Assembly (NCBI GenBank): GCA_044226515.1
Contig: JBGAGX010000016.1
Span: 9,658 to 73,657 of the forward strand
Reading direction: 5' to 3'
DNA length: 64,000 bases
DNA from: Flavobacteriales bacterium
Lineage (GTDB): Bacteria; Bacteroidota; Bacteroidia; Flavobacteriales_F; PHOS-HE28
Made by a program: the position numbers and the translations under genes. A model generated the notes under the pieces. The model was not told where the DNA came from. It saw only the letters and a program-made list of their open reading frames with translations, and did not search any database. Shown piece by piece: positions 17,645 through 29,081 of this stretch (its first letter is position 1; each line of letters opens with the position of its first letter).

Positions 17645-19192
17645 CTACTTCTTCTCGAAGCGGACGGCGCGGCCATCGCCCGTCACAAGCATGTACATGC
17701 CCGGGGCCAGGGCCGACACATCCACGCTAGGCCCGGTGAGGCGCACGGCCACAGCCCTACCCATCAGATCCACGATGCGCACATCGTTCATCGCAAGTCC
17801 CTTGGGCAGCACCACGGAAAGCACATCGCCGGCCGGGTTCGGATACACTTGAAGGGCCGCCTCCGTGGTCATCTCCTGCACCCCCACCGTGGAGCAATCG
17901 AGCGTGGTGGCCAGGCTGTTGTTCCGCGCCGTGATGAAGCTCTTGAGTCCGCGGATGGTCTGGGTACCACCGCCTCCGCCACCTCCGCCGCCACCGGACA
18001 CGGTGATGTCGCTGGTGATGTTGGTTGTGAACTGCGCTAGGGTGTACTGCTTGTTGGCATCGGCGGCCACGTGCGGCTGGATGAGGGTGGCGATGGAGTC
18101 GATGCGCGGGTCCAGGTAGGCGTTGGAGAAGTTCGCCTTGGCGTAGCAGTACTCGTTCAGGTAGTCAAGGCGAAAGGCCTGGATGTTCATCAGCCGCGTC
18201 ATCAGCGGCCGGTTCGCGGCCACGTAGGTCGGCGACAAGGTCAACGCGTTCTGGCCTTGCGCCGGGTAGCTGCCGAAGGCCATGTTGGCGTCCCAGTGGA
18301 TCCACTGCCACTCCGCGTTGGTACTGTCGTGATAGAGGTAGTAGTTGCGCGCGCTCTGGATGTAGGCGTCCAGGTTGCCGAACATGTTGTCCAAGGCCAG
18401 GGAGCGGAGCAGGTCGTGCCACTTCCATTTGGAGGGGAAGTTGGCCTGCAGGTAACTGTCCGGCGCATTGTTCAGCATGTCAAGCAGATCGACCAGGTCC
18501 GTCCAATCGTTCGCCGTTTCATTGGTCTTCAGCTCGTACCGATCGTAATAGCTCGATTGGGTGCTGCCGTACCAGGCCAGATCGGCCTCGGCCGTGCTGC
18601 CCCCACCGCCACCGCCCATGCCGAAATTGTCCGCCGCCTTGAACAGGTTGCCCGCGGTGTCGTCGATGTGCCGGTCGAGGAACTCCTTGTCCACGGCCTC
18701 CACCATGTCGTAGAAGCCCCACATCGTACCGTTCATGTAGATGTTCGCGTACTGCACGCGCGGCGCCCGAACGCCCTGCTCCTGGCAATAGTCGAAGAAG
18801 ATCTTCTCCCGCATGAAGGTGGGATCGCTCCAGCAGTTGTTGAAGTGGAGCTTGGTCATGCCGTGGAACTTCTGGTCGATGAAGTCATTGAAGTCGAGCT
18901 TGAACGACTTCTTGTTCCCGGGGTGGTTGTAACTGCTGTTGCCCTTCAGCGCCACGGTGATGCTGTCCAGGGTCCGGGTCCCGGTCTGGTCCGTGATCGT
19001 CACGCTGCCCACCAGCTCCTCACCGAGGTCGTTGTTGTAGTAGGTCACCAGCGTGTTCCAGAAGTTCGGGTCGCTGAAGGTGATGTGCACCTCCACCACC
19101 TGGTCCACATCGAACAGGCTGTCGCTGGGTGCGGTCTGGGCGGCAAGGCCACCGGAAAGGAGCAGGGAGGGCAGAAGCGTACGGATGCGCAT
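17645..19192 (-). CDS. CotH kinase family protein with T9SS type A CTD
   Basis: LKGNSSY...KKSFKLDFN, DPTFMREKI, GFYDMVEAVD, NYYLY, WIHWDANMAFG; VYPNPA...LAPGMYML CTD. Confidence 0.88.
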   Translation of the reverse strand: MRIRTLLPSLLLSGGLAAQTAPSDSLFDVDQVVEVHITFSDPNFWNTLVTYYNNDLGEELVGSVTITDQTGTRTLDSITVALKGNSSYNHPGNKKSFKLDFNDFIDQKFHGMTKLHFNNCWSDPTFMREKIFFDYCQEQGVRAPRVQYANIYMNGTMWGFYDMVEAVDKEFLDRHIDDTAGNLFKAADNFGMGGGGGGSTAEADLAWYGSTQSSYYDRYELKTNETANDWTDLVDLLDMLNNAPDSYLQANFPSKWKWHDLLRSLALDNMFGNLDAYIQSARNYYLYHDSTNAEWQWIHWDANMAFGSYPAQGQNALTLSPTYVAANRPLMTRLMNIQAFRLDYLNEYCYAKANFSNAYLDPRIDSIATLIQPHVAADANKQYTLAQFTTNITSDITVSGGGGGGGGGGTQTIRGLKSFITARNNSLATTLDCSTVGVQEMTTEAALQVYPNPAGDVLSVVLPKGLAMNDVRIVDLMGRAVAVRLTGPSVDVSALAPGMYMLVTGDGRAVRFEKK

Positions 19193-19224
19193 GGGGTCTT
19201 GGTAACGGGCAGGGCCGCAAGGTG

Positions 19225-19242
19225 CGTTAAGACAACGTTAAG
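19225..19242. promoter_or_regulatory. 11-bp-period direct repeat (OmpR/PhoB-type site candidate) between cotH and the mutase gene
   Basis: CGTTAAG-ACAA-CGTTAAG, an AT-rich patch in GC-rich DNA. Confidence 0.4.
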
Positions 19243-19355
19243 CGCCAAAGGTTTGATCGGCATTCCCGATGGAACGACCCCTGGGGGCCGACGAGACCGT
19301 AGGTGCCGGGATGCCCACCTGCCCGGGATGGGCTTCCGTGCCGAAATTCGCCCCG

Positions 19356-22502
<3,147 letters not shown>

Positions 22503-22565
22503 AGGCCACCGGATCACCTCCGATCTTCACGGTCGAGCGCCCACGCGGATCAAGAACTTCACCAA

Positions 22566-23309
22566 ATGGGTTTCAGGGAGTGGTACAGTGAACTCAAGAA
22601 GCGCCGCGCACTGCGTGGTGTAACCCATGCGCACTGCATGGAAGGACTGGTGGATGGAAAGGTGGAGTACCGGCTCTTCCGGTTATGGGATGGAAAGATC
22701 AGCGAGTATTGCTGGGGTGCACCCAAGCGCTATGGGACGTTAAGTTCCCGCGGCAGTGCCCATGCGGAGCAGGCCTTGGAGCACATCCGCCAGGAACATG
22801 CGTATTGGACCGTACGTGGGTTCGTGGACGTCGCCGTGCCGGAATGGTGGAGCGCCGGAGACCGCCCGCCTGAAGCAGAAGGACCAGACTTCTTCGAGGA
22901 CCCCGACTTCCACGAGATCGATGGGGAAAAAGTAAAGGAGGTGGACACCTGGACCCATAGTGGCATGTACCTGTTGTGGCTGGATGCGAACGGAATGTTC
23001 GTGGCACCCGGGGACGAAGATGATCTGGCCAACCTGATGCGTGCACGCCAACGGCAGATGACCCCAGGCGCATACTTCGGCGATGCTCATGGGGGCTGGT
23101 TCGGGCCTGATGACCTCACTGATGAAGGACTGGCCTTTACACGCAGCTACTACACCGACAAGGGTTACAAGGCCGACTACCGGGCTCACGTACTGAAGCC
23201 GCGCAGCAACTTCTACAGCAGTGCGGACACGTGGGAGACCTACGAGCTGATCGCTCCCGTCCTGGATGAGCGCTTCGCGGCGTGGAAGGAAGCACAGCAA
23301 CTGAAATGA
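22566..23309 (+). CDS. Hypothetical two-domain protein (WGR-like N-domain plus uncharacterised helical domain)
   Basis: 247-aa ORF with ATGA overlap to the next gene; YCWGAPKRYG...VRGF resembles WGR; more A/T-ending codons than neighbours. Confidence 0.6.
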   Translation: MGFREWYSELKKRRALRGVTHAHCMEGLVDGKVEYRLFRLWDGKISEYCWGAPKRYGTLSSRGSAHAEQALEHIRQEHAYWTVRGFVDVAVPEWWSAGDRPPEAEGPDFFEDPDFHEIDGEKVKEVDTWTHSGMYLLWLDANGMFVAPGDEDDLANLMRARQRQMTPGAYFGDAHGGWFGPDDLTDEGLAFTRSYYTDKGYKADYRAHVLKPRSNFYSSADTWETYELIAPVLDERFAAWKEAQQLK

Positions 23310-23956
23310 CGGCAGAGCGCCCCGCCCACCTCCCCGCCCCCGCCTTCTTCCAGCGCCCGCGCCCCACGGCCGAGCAGCCCTTGGTGGTGATGATGAGCGC
23401 CTGCCTGGGCGGCATCCACTGCGGGGTGGACGGCAGCACCAACGGCGACCACACGCCCCTGCGCTCGTGGCTCGTGTGTCCGGAAGTGCGGCTGGTGAAG
23501 TTCTGTCCGGAGGATTTTTCCTTCGGCACGCCGCGCATGACGCCCGACAGCCACGGCGGCAACGGCTTCGACGTCTTGGACGGCAAGGCCCGCTCGCTGG
23601 CGGAGGATGGCACGGACTGGACCGAAGGCATGGTCAAGGCCGCGTACGAGATGCGCGACCGGGCCCTGCGTGAGCGTGTGGACGTCGCGGTCCTGATGGA
23701 CATGAGCGGCGCCTGCGGAAGCACGGTCACCTATCTCGGTTCCCGCTTTGCCGCGGACAAGGTGTACCAGCAGGGTCCGGGGGTGGCGGCGGCGGCGTTG
23801 ATCCGTGCGGGCATCCCGGTTATATCGCAGCGCGACGACCGCTCCCTACGGATGTTGCGCGATCTCCTCGATGGCACGCAAACGCTCACCGACGAGCGCG
23901 ACCACTGGGAGAAGGAGTGGTACCAGCGCTACTTTACAGAACAGCAGCGACCATGA
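23306..23956 (+). CDS. DUF523 / 2-thiouracil desulfurase (TudS) family Fe-S protein
   Basis: SACLGG..C, FCPE...GTPR, SGACGS, GPGVAAAALIRAGIPV. Confidence 0.8.
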   Translation: MTAERPAHLPAPAFFQRPRPTAEQPLVVMMSACLGGIHCGVDGSTNGDHTPLRSWLVCPEVRLVKFCPEDFSFGTPRMTPDSHGGNGFDVLDGKARSLAEDGTDWTEGMVKAAYEMRDRALRERVDVAVLMDMSGACGSTVTYLGSRFAADKVYQQGPGVAAAALIRAGIPVISQRDDRSLRMLRDLLDGTQTLTDERDHWEKEWYQRYFTEQQRP

Positions 23957-24123
23957 TCCAGAAGCTCAACAAGGCATGGCACTTGAAGCATCCCATGCCG
24001 CCGAATGCGACCTTCGAGCAGCGTGTGAAGTGGCACTTGGAGCATGTGAAGCATTGCGCCTGCCGGCCCATTCCCGCCAAGCTCTTGGAGCAGATGCGCG
24101 AGAAAGGGGTCAAGGTGGTATGA
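23953..24123 (+). CDS. Small His/Cys-rich hypothetical protein (56 aa)
   Basis: ATGA overlap with DUF523; WHLKHPMP..ATFEQRVKWHLEHVKHCACRPIP. Confidence 0.7.
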   Translation: MIQKLNKAWHLKHPMPPNATFEQRVKWHLEHVKHCACRPIPAKLLEQMREKGVKVV

Positions 24124-24141
24124 CCCGAAGAACCGACCCAC

Positions 24142-24396
24142 GTGTCCAAGCACAAGCTCGACCTCCACGACATCTTCAACAAGGGCGACCAGATCGACGA
24201 GGCCCTGCGAGATGCCATGGAGTTCTGCATCGACCGCCGCATCGACCTGCTGGAGATCATCCCCGGCAAGGGCAGCGGGCAACTCAAGAAGAAGGTGCTG
24301 CGCTTCCTGCAGCTGCCGGAGGTGAAGAGGACCTATCACCGCATCGACAAGGACCGCGAGAACTTCGGCAGGTTGTTCGTGCGGTTCAGGCACTGA
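24142..24396 (+). CDS. Stand-alone Smr/MutS2 C-terminal domain protein
   Basis: KLDLHDIF, IIPGKGSGQLKKKV. Confidence 0.85.
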   Translation: MSKHKLDLHDIFNKGDQIDEALRDAMEFCIDRRIDLLEIIPGKGSGQLKKKVLRFLQLPEVKRTYHRIDKDRENFGRLFVRFRH

Positions 24397-24454
24397 CCTG
24401 ACGATCCGGCGCTGGCACCAGAACGGCCCGGTATTGGGCAACAAGGGCCCGCCC

Positions 24455-26287
24455 ATGCTACCCACCTCCACGAAACTCCCCACCTCCCGCGCCGAGCGCA
24501 TCCCCAACGGCCCCAAGGCCCGCATCCGCGCCAACGCGGGCACCCCGCCCAAGGCCGAGCGCAAAGTGACCTGGCGCACGGCATTCTGGCAGTACATCTG
24601 GCCCCGGCGCAGGCACATGCTCCTGGGCCTGCTGTTGATCGTGGTGAGCCGCGTGGCGGGCATGGTGCTTCCGGGAAGCACCAGGTACCTGCTGGACGAT
24701 GTGGTGGGCCAGGGCGACCTGCGGATGCTGTGGGTGCTGTTGGGCGCCGTGGTGGGGGCGCTGGTGGTGCAGAGCGCCACAAGCTATGCCCTCACCCAGC
24801 TGCTGAGCGTGGAGGCGCAACTCCTCATCAGCCAGCTGCGCACCCAGGTGCAGCGCAAGATCCTCTCGCTGCCCACGAGCTTCTTCGACAACACCAAGAG
24901 CGGCGCGCTTGTGAGCCGGATCATGAGCGATGTGGAAGGCGTGCGCAACCTGGTGGGCACGGGCCTGGTGCAGCTGATCGGCGGCACGCTCACCGCGCTG
25001 ATCTCGCTGGTCTGGCTCATCTACATCAGTCCGTGGATGACCCTCTTCACCCTGGTGCCCGTGGGCTTCTTCGCGTTCATTGCCATGAAGGCCTTCGGCC
25101 GCATCCGGCCCATCTTCCGCACACGTGGCGTGATCAACGCCGAGGTCACCGGGCGGCTCACGGAATCGCTGAACGGTGTGCGCGTGATCAAGGGCTTCGG
25201 GGCGGAGGAGCAGGAGAACCGCACCTTCGAGCAGGGCGTGCAGCGGCTCTTCGACAACGTGAAGACCAGCCTCACCGCCACCTCCTTCATCAGCAGCATG
25301 AGCACCCTGCTGCTCGGCCTGGCCAGCGCGGGCATCATGGGCATCGGTGCGTACCAGATGGTGGGCGGCGAGCTCACCAGCGGCGAGTTCGTGCAGTTCA
25401 CCGTGCTGCTGGGCTTCATGATCGCGCCCATCGTGCAGATGAGCAACATCGGCAGCCAGCTCACCGAAGCGTTCGCCGGCCTCGACCGCACCGAGGAGAT
25501 CATGAACATGCAGCCCGAGGACATCGCGGAGGAGCGGCCCATCGTGCTGGAGGAGGTGAAGGGCGACATCGCCTTCCACGACGTGCGCTTCGCCTATGAG
25601 GAGGGCAAGGAGGTGCTGCACGGCATCGACTTCACCGCCACGAAGGGCTCCGTGATCGCGTTGGTGGGCACCAGCGGCAGCGGCAAGAGCACCATCGCGG
25701 GCCTGGTGGCCACCTACCTCAACCCCACCTCAGGCACCGTCACCATCGACGGGCACGACCTGAGCAAGGTGCGCCTGAGCAGCTACCGGAAACACCTCGG
25801 CGTGGTGCTTCAGGACGACTTCCTCTTCGAGGGCACCATCCGCGCGAACATCCTCTTCCCCCGCCCCGACGCCACCGAGGAGCAGTTGATGAAGGCCGTG
25901 AAAGGCGCTTACGTGAACGAGTTCACGGACCGCATGGAACTGGGGCTGGACACGGTGATCGGCGAGCGCGGCGTGAAGCTGAGCGGCGGTCAGCGGCAGC
26001 GGGTGGCCATCGCGCGGGCCATGCTGGCCGACCCGAAGATCCTGATCCTGGACGAGGCCACCAGCAACCTGGACACCGAGAGCGAAGCGCTGATCCAGAA
26101 AAGCCTGAACGAACTGGTGAAGGACCGCACCACCTTCGTGATCGCGCACCGCCTCAGCACCATCCGCCAGGCCACGGAGATCCTGGTGATCGAGCAGGGA
26201 CGCATCGCCGAGCGCGGAACGCACACGGAGCTCATTGCGAAGGAAGGCCGCTACTATGAGCTGTACACCTACCAGGCGCGGATCTGA
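24455..26287 (+). CDS. ABC exporter, fused permease/ATPase (MsbA/Sav1866-like)
   Basis: 6-TM domain followed by GTSGSGKST, LSGGQRQR, ILDEATS, IAHRLST. Confidence 0.92.
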   Translation: MLPTSTKLPTSRAERIPNGPKARIRANAGTPPKAERKVTWRTAFWQYIWPRRRHMLLGLLLIVVSRVAGMVLPGSTRYLLDDVVGQGDLRMLWVLLGAVVGALVVQSATSYALTQLLSVEAQLLISQLRTQVQRKILSLPTSFFDNTKSGALVSRIMSDVEGVRNLVGTGLVQLIGGTLTALISLVWLIYISPWMTLFTLVPVGFFAFIAMKAFGRIRPIFRTRGVINAEVTGRLTESLNGVRVIKGFGAEEQENRTFEQGVQRLFDNVKTSLTATSFISSMSTLLLGLASAGIMGIGAYQMVGGELTSGEFVQFTVLLGFMIAPIVQMSNIGSQLTEAFAGLDRTEEIMNMQPEDIAEERPIVLEEVKGDIAFHDVRFAYEEGKEVLHGIDFTATKGSVIALVGTSGSGKSTIAGLVATYLNPTSGTVTIDGHDLSKVRLSSYRKHLGVVLQDDFLFEGTIRANILFPRPDATEEQLMKAVKGAYVNEFTDRMELGLDTVIGERGVKLSGGQRQRVAIARAMLADPKILILDEATSNLDTESEALIQKSLNELVKDRTTFVIAHRLSTIRQATEILVIEQGRIAERGTHTELIAKEGRYYELYTYQARI

Positions 26288-26308
26288 GCGCGGTCGCCGG
26301 CCTGGACC

Positions 26309-26992
26309 TTACGGACGCGTGGCGAACCAGAGGTGGTGCTTCGTGCCCTTGTTGCGGTGCGCGAAGACCTTCTCCTCCTTCACGCGGAAGCCGGCCTGTT
26401 CCAACCGGCGCGTGAAGGGATCGTGCTGGTCGGTGGACCACACGGCCAGCACGCCGCCGGGGCGCAGGGCCTTGTAGGCGGCCTGAAGACCGCGGTGGGA
26501 GTAGAGCCGGTTGTTGGCGGCCTGGGTGAGGCCCTCGGGACCGTTGTCCGTGTCGAGCAGGATGGCATCGTAGCTCCCATTGCCGGCGCGGATCAGCTCC
26601 AGCACATCGCCCTGGTGCACGAGGGTGCGCGGGTCCTTCAGCGGGTTCCCCGCTCGCTCGCCCATCGGTCCCTGGTTCCACGTGATCACCTCGGGCACCA
26701 GTTCGGCCACGATCACCCGACCCTTGGGACCCACGATGCGCAGCGCGGCCGCCAGGGTGAAGCCCATGCCCAGGCCGCCGATCACCACATGCGCCTCCTG
26801 CGGGGCCTTCAACCGCTTCAGGGCCAGTTCCGCCAGCGCGTCCTCCGAGCCGTGGATGGCGGTGGTCATCAGCTCGCCACGGATGCCCACCACCTCGATG
26901 GCGTACTCCTCACCACGCTGGTAGAAGAGCAGTTCACCCCCGTTGTTGGGGATCAGGGCCCGATCGAGCAGCTTGTTGATGCGCATCTTCAT
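26309..26992 (-). CDS. Spermidine-synthase-like SAM-dependent methyltransferase
   Basis: ELM...HGSE..LA, VIGGLGMGFT, LLDTDNGP, LRPGGVLAVWS. Confidence 0.82.
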   Translation of the reverse strand: MKMRINKLLDRALIPNNGGELLFYQRGEEYAIEVVGIRGELMTTAIHGSEDALAELALKRLKAPQEAHVVIGGLGMGFTLAAALRIVGPKGRVIVAELVPEVITWNQGPMGERAGNPLKDPRTLVHQGDVLELIRAGNGSYDAILLDTDNGPEGLTQAANNRLYSHRGLQAAYKALRPGGVLAVWSTDQHDPFTRRLEQAGFRVKEEKVFAHRNKGTKHHLWFATRP

Positions 26993-27071
26993 GGCGTGGG
27001 CCGAATGCGCTGGTGCGATCAGGCGGTGCAAGGTCGGCAAAGGACGGGAAGCCGGGACGCGGCGGTCCGCA

Positions 27072-27539
27072 TCAGGCTGCGCGCACCTGCTGCTGCTCCT
27101 CGGCCACGCGCTTCAGCCCCACCAACGCCTCCACCCATTTGCGACCGGCCTCGCGGGTGCGGCGCACATCGTGCGGCAGGCCGGCGAAATCACCATGCCA
27201 AAGGGTGATGCGCGAGCGCCCATCGCGTTCCACGTCCACGCTCAGGTCCACCGTGGTGTAGCTCGCGGGTTCATCAGGCAGGTCGCCATCGATCCGGAAG
27301 CTGGTGTAGCGCAGGCGGTGCCCGGGCAGGTTCTCCATCACGGTACCCTTCCACCGCACCGCTTCCCCCTCTTCGCTCTTCTCCACCCAGGTGAGGCCGG
27401 CGCCGCGCTGCCATGTGCTGCGGGCCTGAAGCCCGTCCATGTACAGCTTGGTCAATTGGGGCTCGGTCAGCGCCTTCCAGATGGCCTCCGGAGAGGCGTC
27501 CACCAGCAGTGTGCGTTGCACGATCGTTTCACGTTCCAT
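27072..27539 (-). CDS. SRPBCC/AHA1-like domain protein
   Basis: VDASPEAIWKALTEP, RLRYT, C-terminal W..AL..LKRVAE helix. Confidence 0.8.
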   Translation of the reverse strand: MERETIVQRTLLVDASPEAIWKALTEPQLTKLYMDGLQARSTWQRGAGLTWVEKSEEGEAVRWKGTVMENLPGHRLRYTSFRIDGDLPDEPASYTTVDLSVDVERDGRSRITLWHGDFAGLPHDVRRTREAGRKWVEALVGLKRVAEEQQQVRAA

Positions 27540-27774
27540 GGTGCTCGAAGAACGCATGAACCATGCCGTTCGTTCACCGCGGCCAGCTTGACAGGGCACC
27601 ATCCGTGGAAAGCAGCCGAAGCCTTGCAGAGCGATGACAGAAGGCGCTTGGATCGCGAACGACGCTGTCCGGATCCCGGGCCCCATTGACCCCGATCAGG
27701 GATGGACGCCAAGCGGCGCACGAGCTTTCGAGCGCCGTGAGCGACCCACCACCCGCACCGGTAACTTGCCTGCC

Positions 27775-29049
27775 ATGCATGGACCGTTGGCCACGCCTGA
27801 ACTGGACCAGATGCTGGTGCGCCTGCTGGTGAGCGTGGGCATCGGGCTGCTCATCGGGCTGGAACGGGAGTTCGCGAAGCGCGTGGTGGAACAGGAGCGC
27901 AAGCTCTTCGCAGGGATCCGCACGTACACGCTCATCACCCTGTTCGGCTTCATGGCCGCGCTGATCGCCGACCACTACGGGGCCGGGATCCTGGTGGTGG
28001 CCTTCCTCGGCCTGCTGGCCATGCTCATCATCTCCTACCGCCTCAAGGCCCGGCCAGGCAACTTCGGCGGCACCTCCGAGATGAGCGGCATCCTCGCCTT
28101 CCTGCTGGGTGCGCTGGTGCACGAAGGGCAGGTGCTGCTGGCGGTGATCGTCACCGTGATCGTCACCGGTCTCTTGTCCTTGAAACTGCCCTTGCACCGG
28201 TTCGTGGCCAGCCTCAAGATCCAGGACATCAGGGCGCTGATCCAGTTCGTGGTCATCTCGGCCGTGGTGCTGCCCTTCCTGCCCACGGCACCGTTCGGAC
28301 CGTACGGGGTGTGGAACCTGCAGGACATCTGGACGATGGTGGTGCTGGTGAGCGGGGTGAGCCTGGTGGGCTTTCTGTTGGGCAAGGTGCTCGGCGACCG
28401 CATGGGAACGGTGGTGGCCGGGGTGCTGGGCGGACTGGTATCGAGCACGGCTGTGACGGTGGACATGGCCCGGCGCGCGAAGGGCCGCAACGTGCGTCGC
28501 ACCGTGGCTTCCGTGAGCATTCTGGCGGCCTGCACCATCATGTTCCCACGGGTGCTCCTGGAGGCGTGGTTGCTGAACGCGCCCTTGGCCACCCAGCTGC
28601 TGTTGCCCATTGCAACCGCCACGGCCGTTGGCCTGGCCGCCGCCTACCTCACGCACCGCATCCCCGACGGCGCTGACACGCCGGAGCATGTGGTGACCAA
28701 CCCGCTGAACTTCGGCTCCGCGCTGCAGTTCGCCCTGGTGTACATGGCGGTGCGCTGGCTGGTGGCCTTCGCCATGGACCGTTACGGGGCGCAAGGCACC
28801 TATGTGGCGGCCTTCGCCTCGGGCGCCACGGACATGGACGCCATCACCCTCTCCCTGTCCCGTGCTTCACGTGGCGGCGACCTGTCCATGGCCCGCAACG
28901 CCATCCTCATCGCCGCGGCGTCGAACACCGTGTTCAAGTTGGGCATGACCATCGTGCTCGGCGACCGCAACCTGTTCCGACCGGTACTGATCGGTCTTGG
29001 CTCGGCGCTCCTCGCCGGCACCGCTGTGGCCTTGATCACCGCGGCCTGA
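27775..29049 (+). CDS. MgtC/SapB + DUF4010 membrane protein
   Basis: GLLIGLERE, AGIRTY, GGTSE, GGLVSSTAVT, NPLNF, SGATDMDAITLS. Confidence 0.88.
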   Translation: MHGPLATPELDQMLVRLLVSVGIGLLIGLEREFAKRVVEQERKLFAGIRTYTLITLFGFMAALIADHYGAGILVVAFLGLLAMLIISYRLKARPGNFGGTSEMSGILAFLLGALVHEGQVLLAVIVTVIVTGLLSLKLPLHRFVASLKIQDIRALIQFVVISAVVLPFLPTAPFGPYGVWNLQDIWTMVVLVSGVSLVGFLLGKVLGDRMGTVVAGVLGGLVSSTAVTVDMARRAKGRNVRRTVASVSILAACTIMFPRVLLEAWLLNAPLATQLLLPIATATAVGLAAAYLTHRIPDGADTPEHVVTNPLNFGSALQFALVYMAVRWLVAFAMDRYGAQGTYVAAFASGATDMDAITLSLSRASRGGDLSMARNAILIAAASNTVFKLGMTIVLGDRNLFRPVLIGLGSALLAGTAVALITAA

Positions 29050-29081
29050 ACACCGCGACCGCGAGAGGCCCATGGCAAGCG

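Noticed and set aside
17966-17998. CCN repeats in cotH as a VNTR or phase-variation tract
   Set aside because: In-frame poly-Gly linker with mixed codons; recorded only as a protein feature
19193-19355. Cobalamin riboswitch upstream of the mutase (also checked 9005-9209 for nrdJ)
   Set aside because: Hairpin potential exists, but I saw no B12-box consensus; an Infernal search would be needed to exclude it fully
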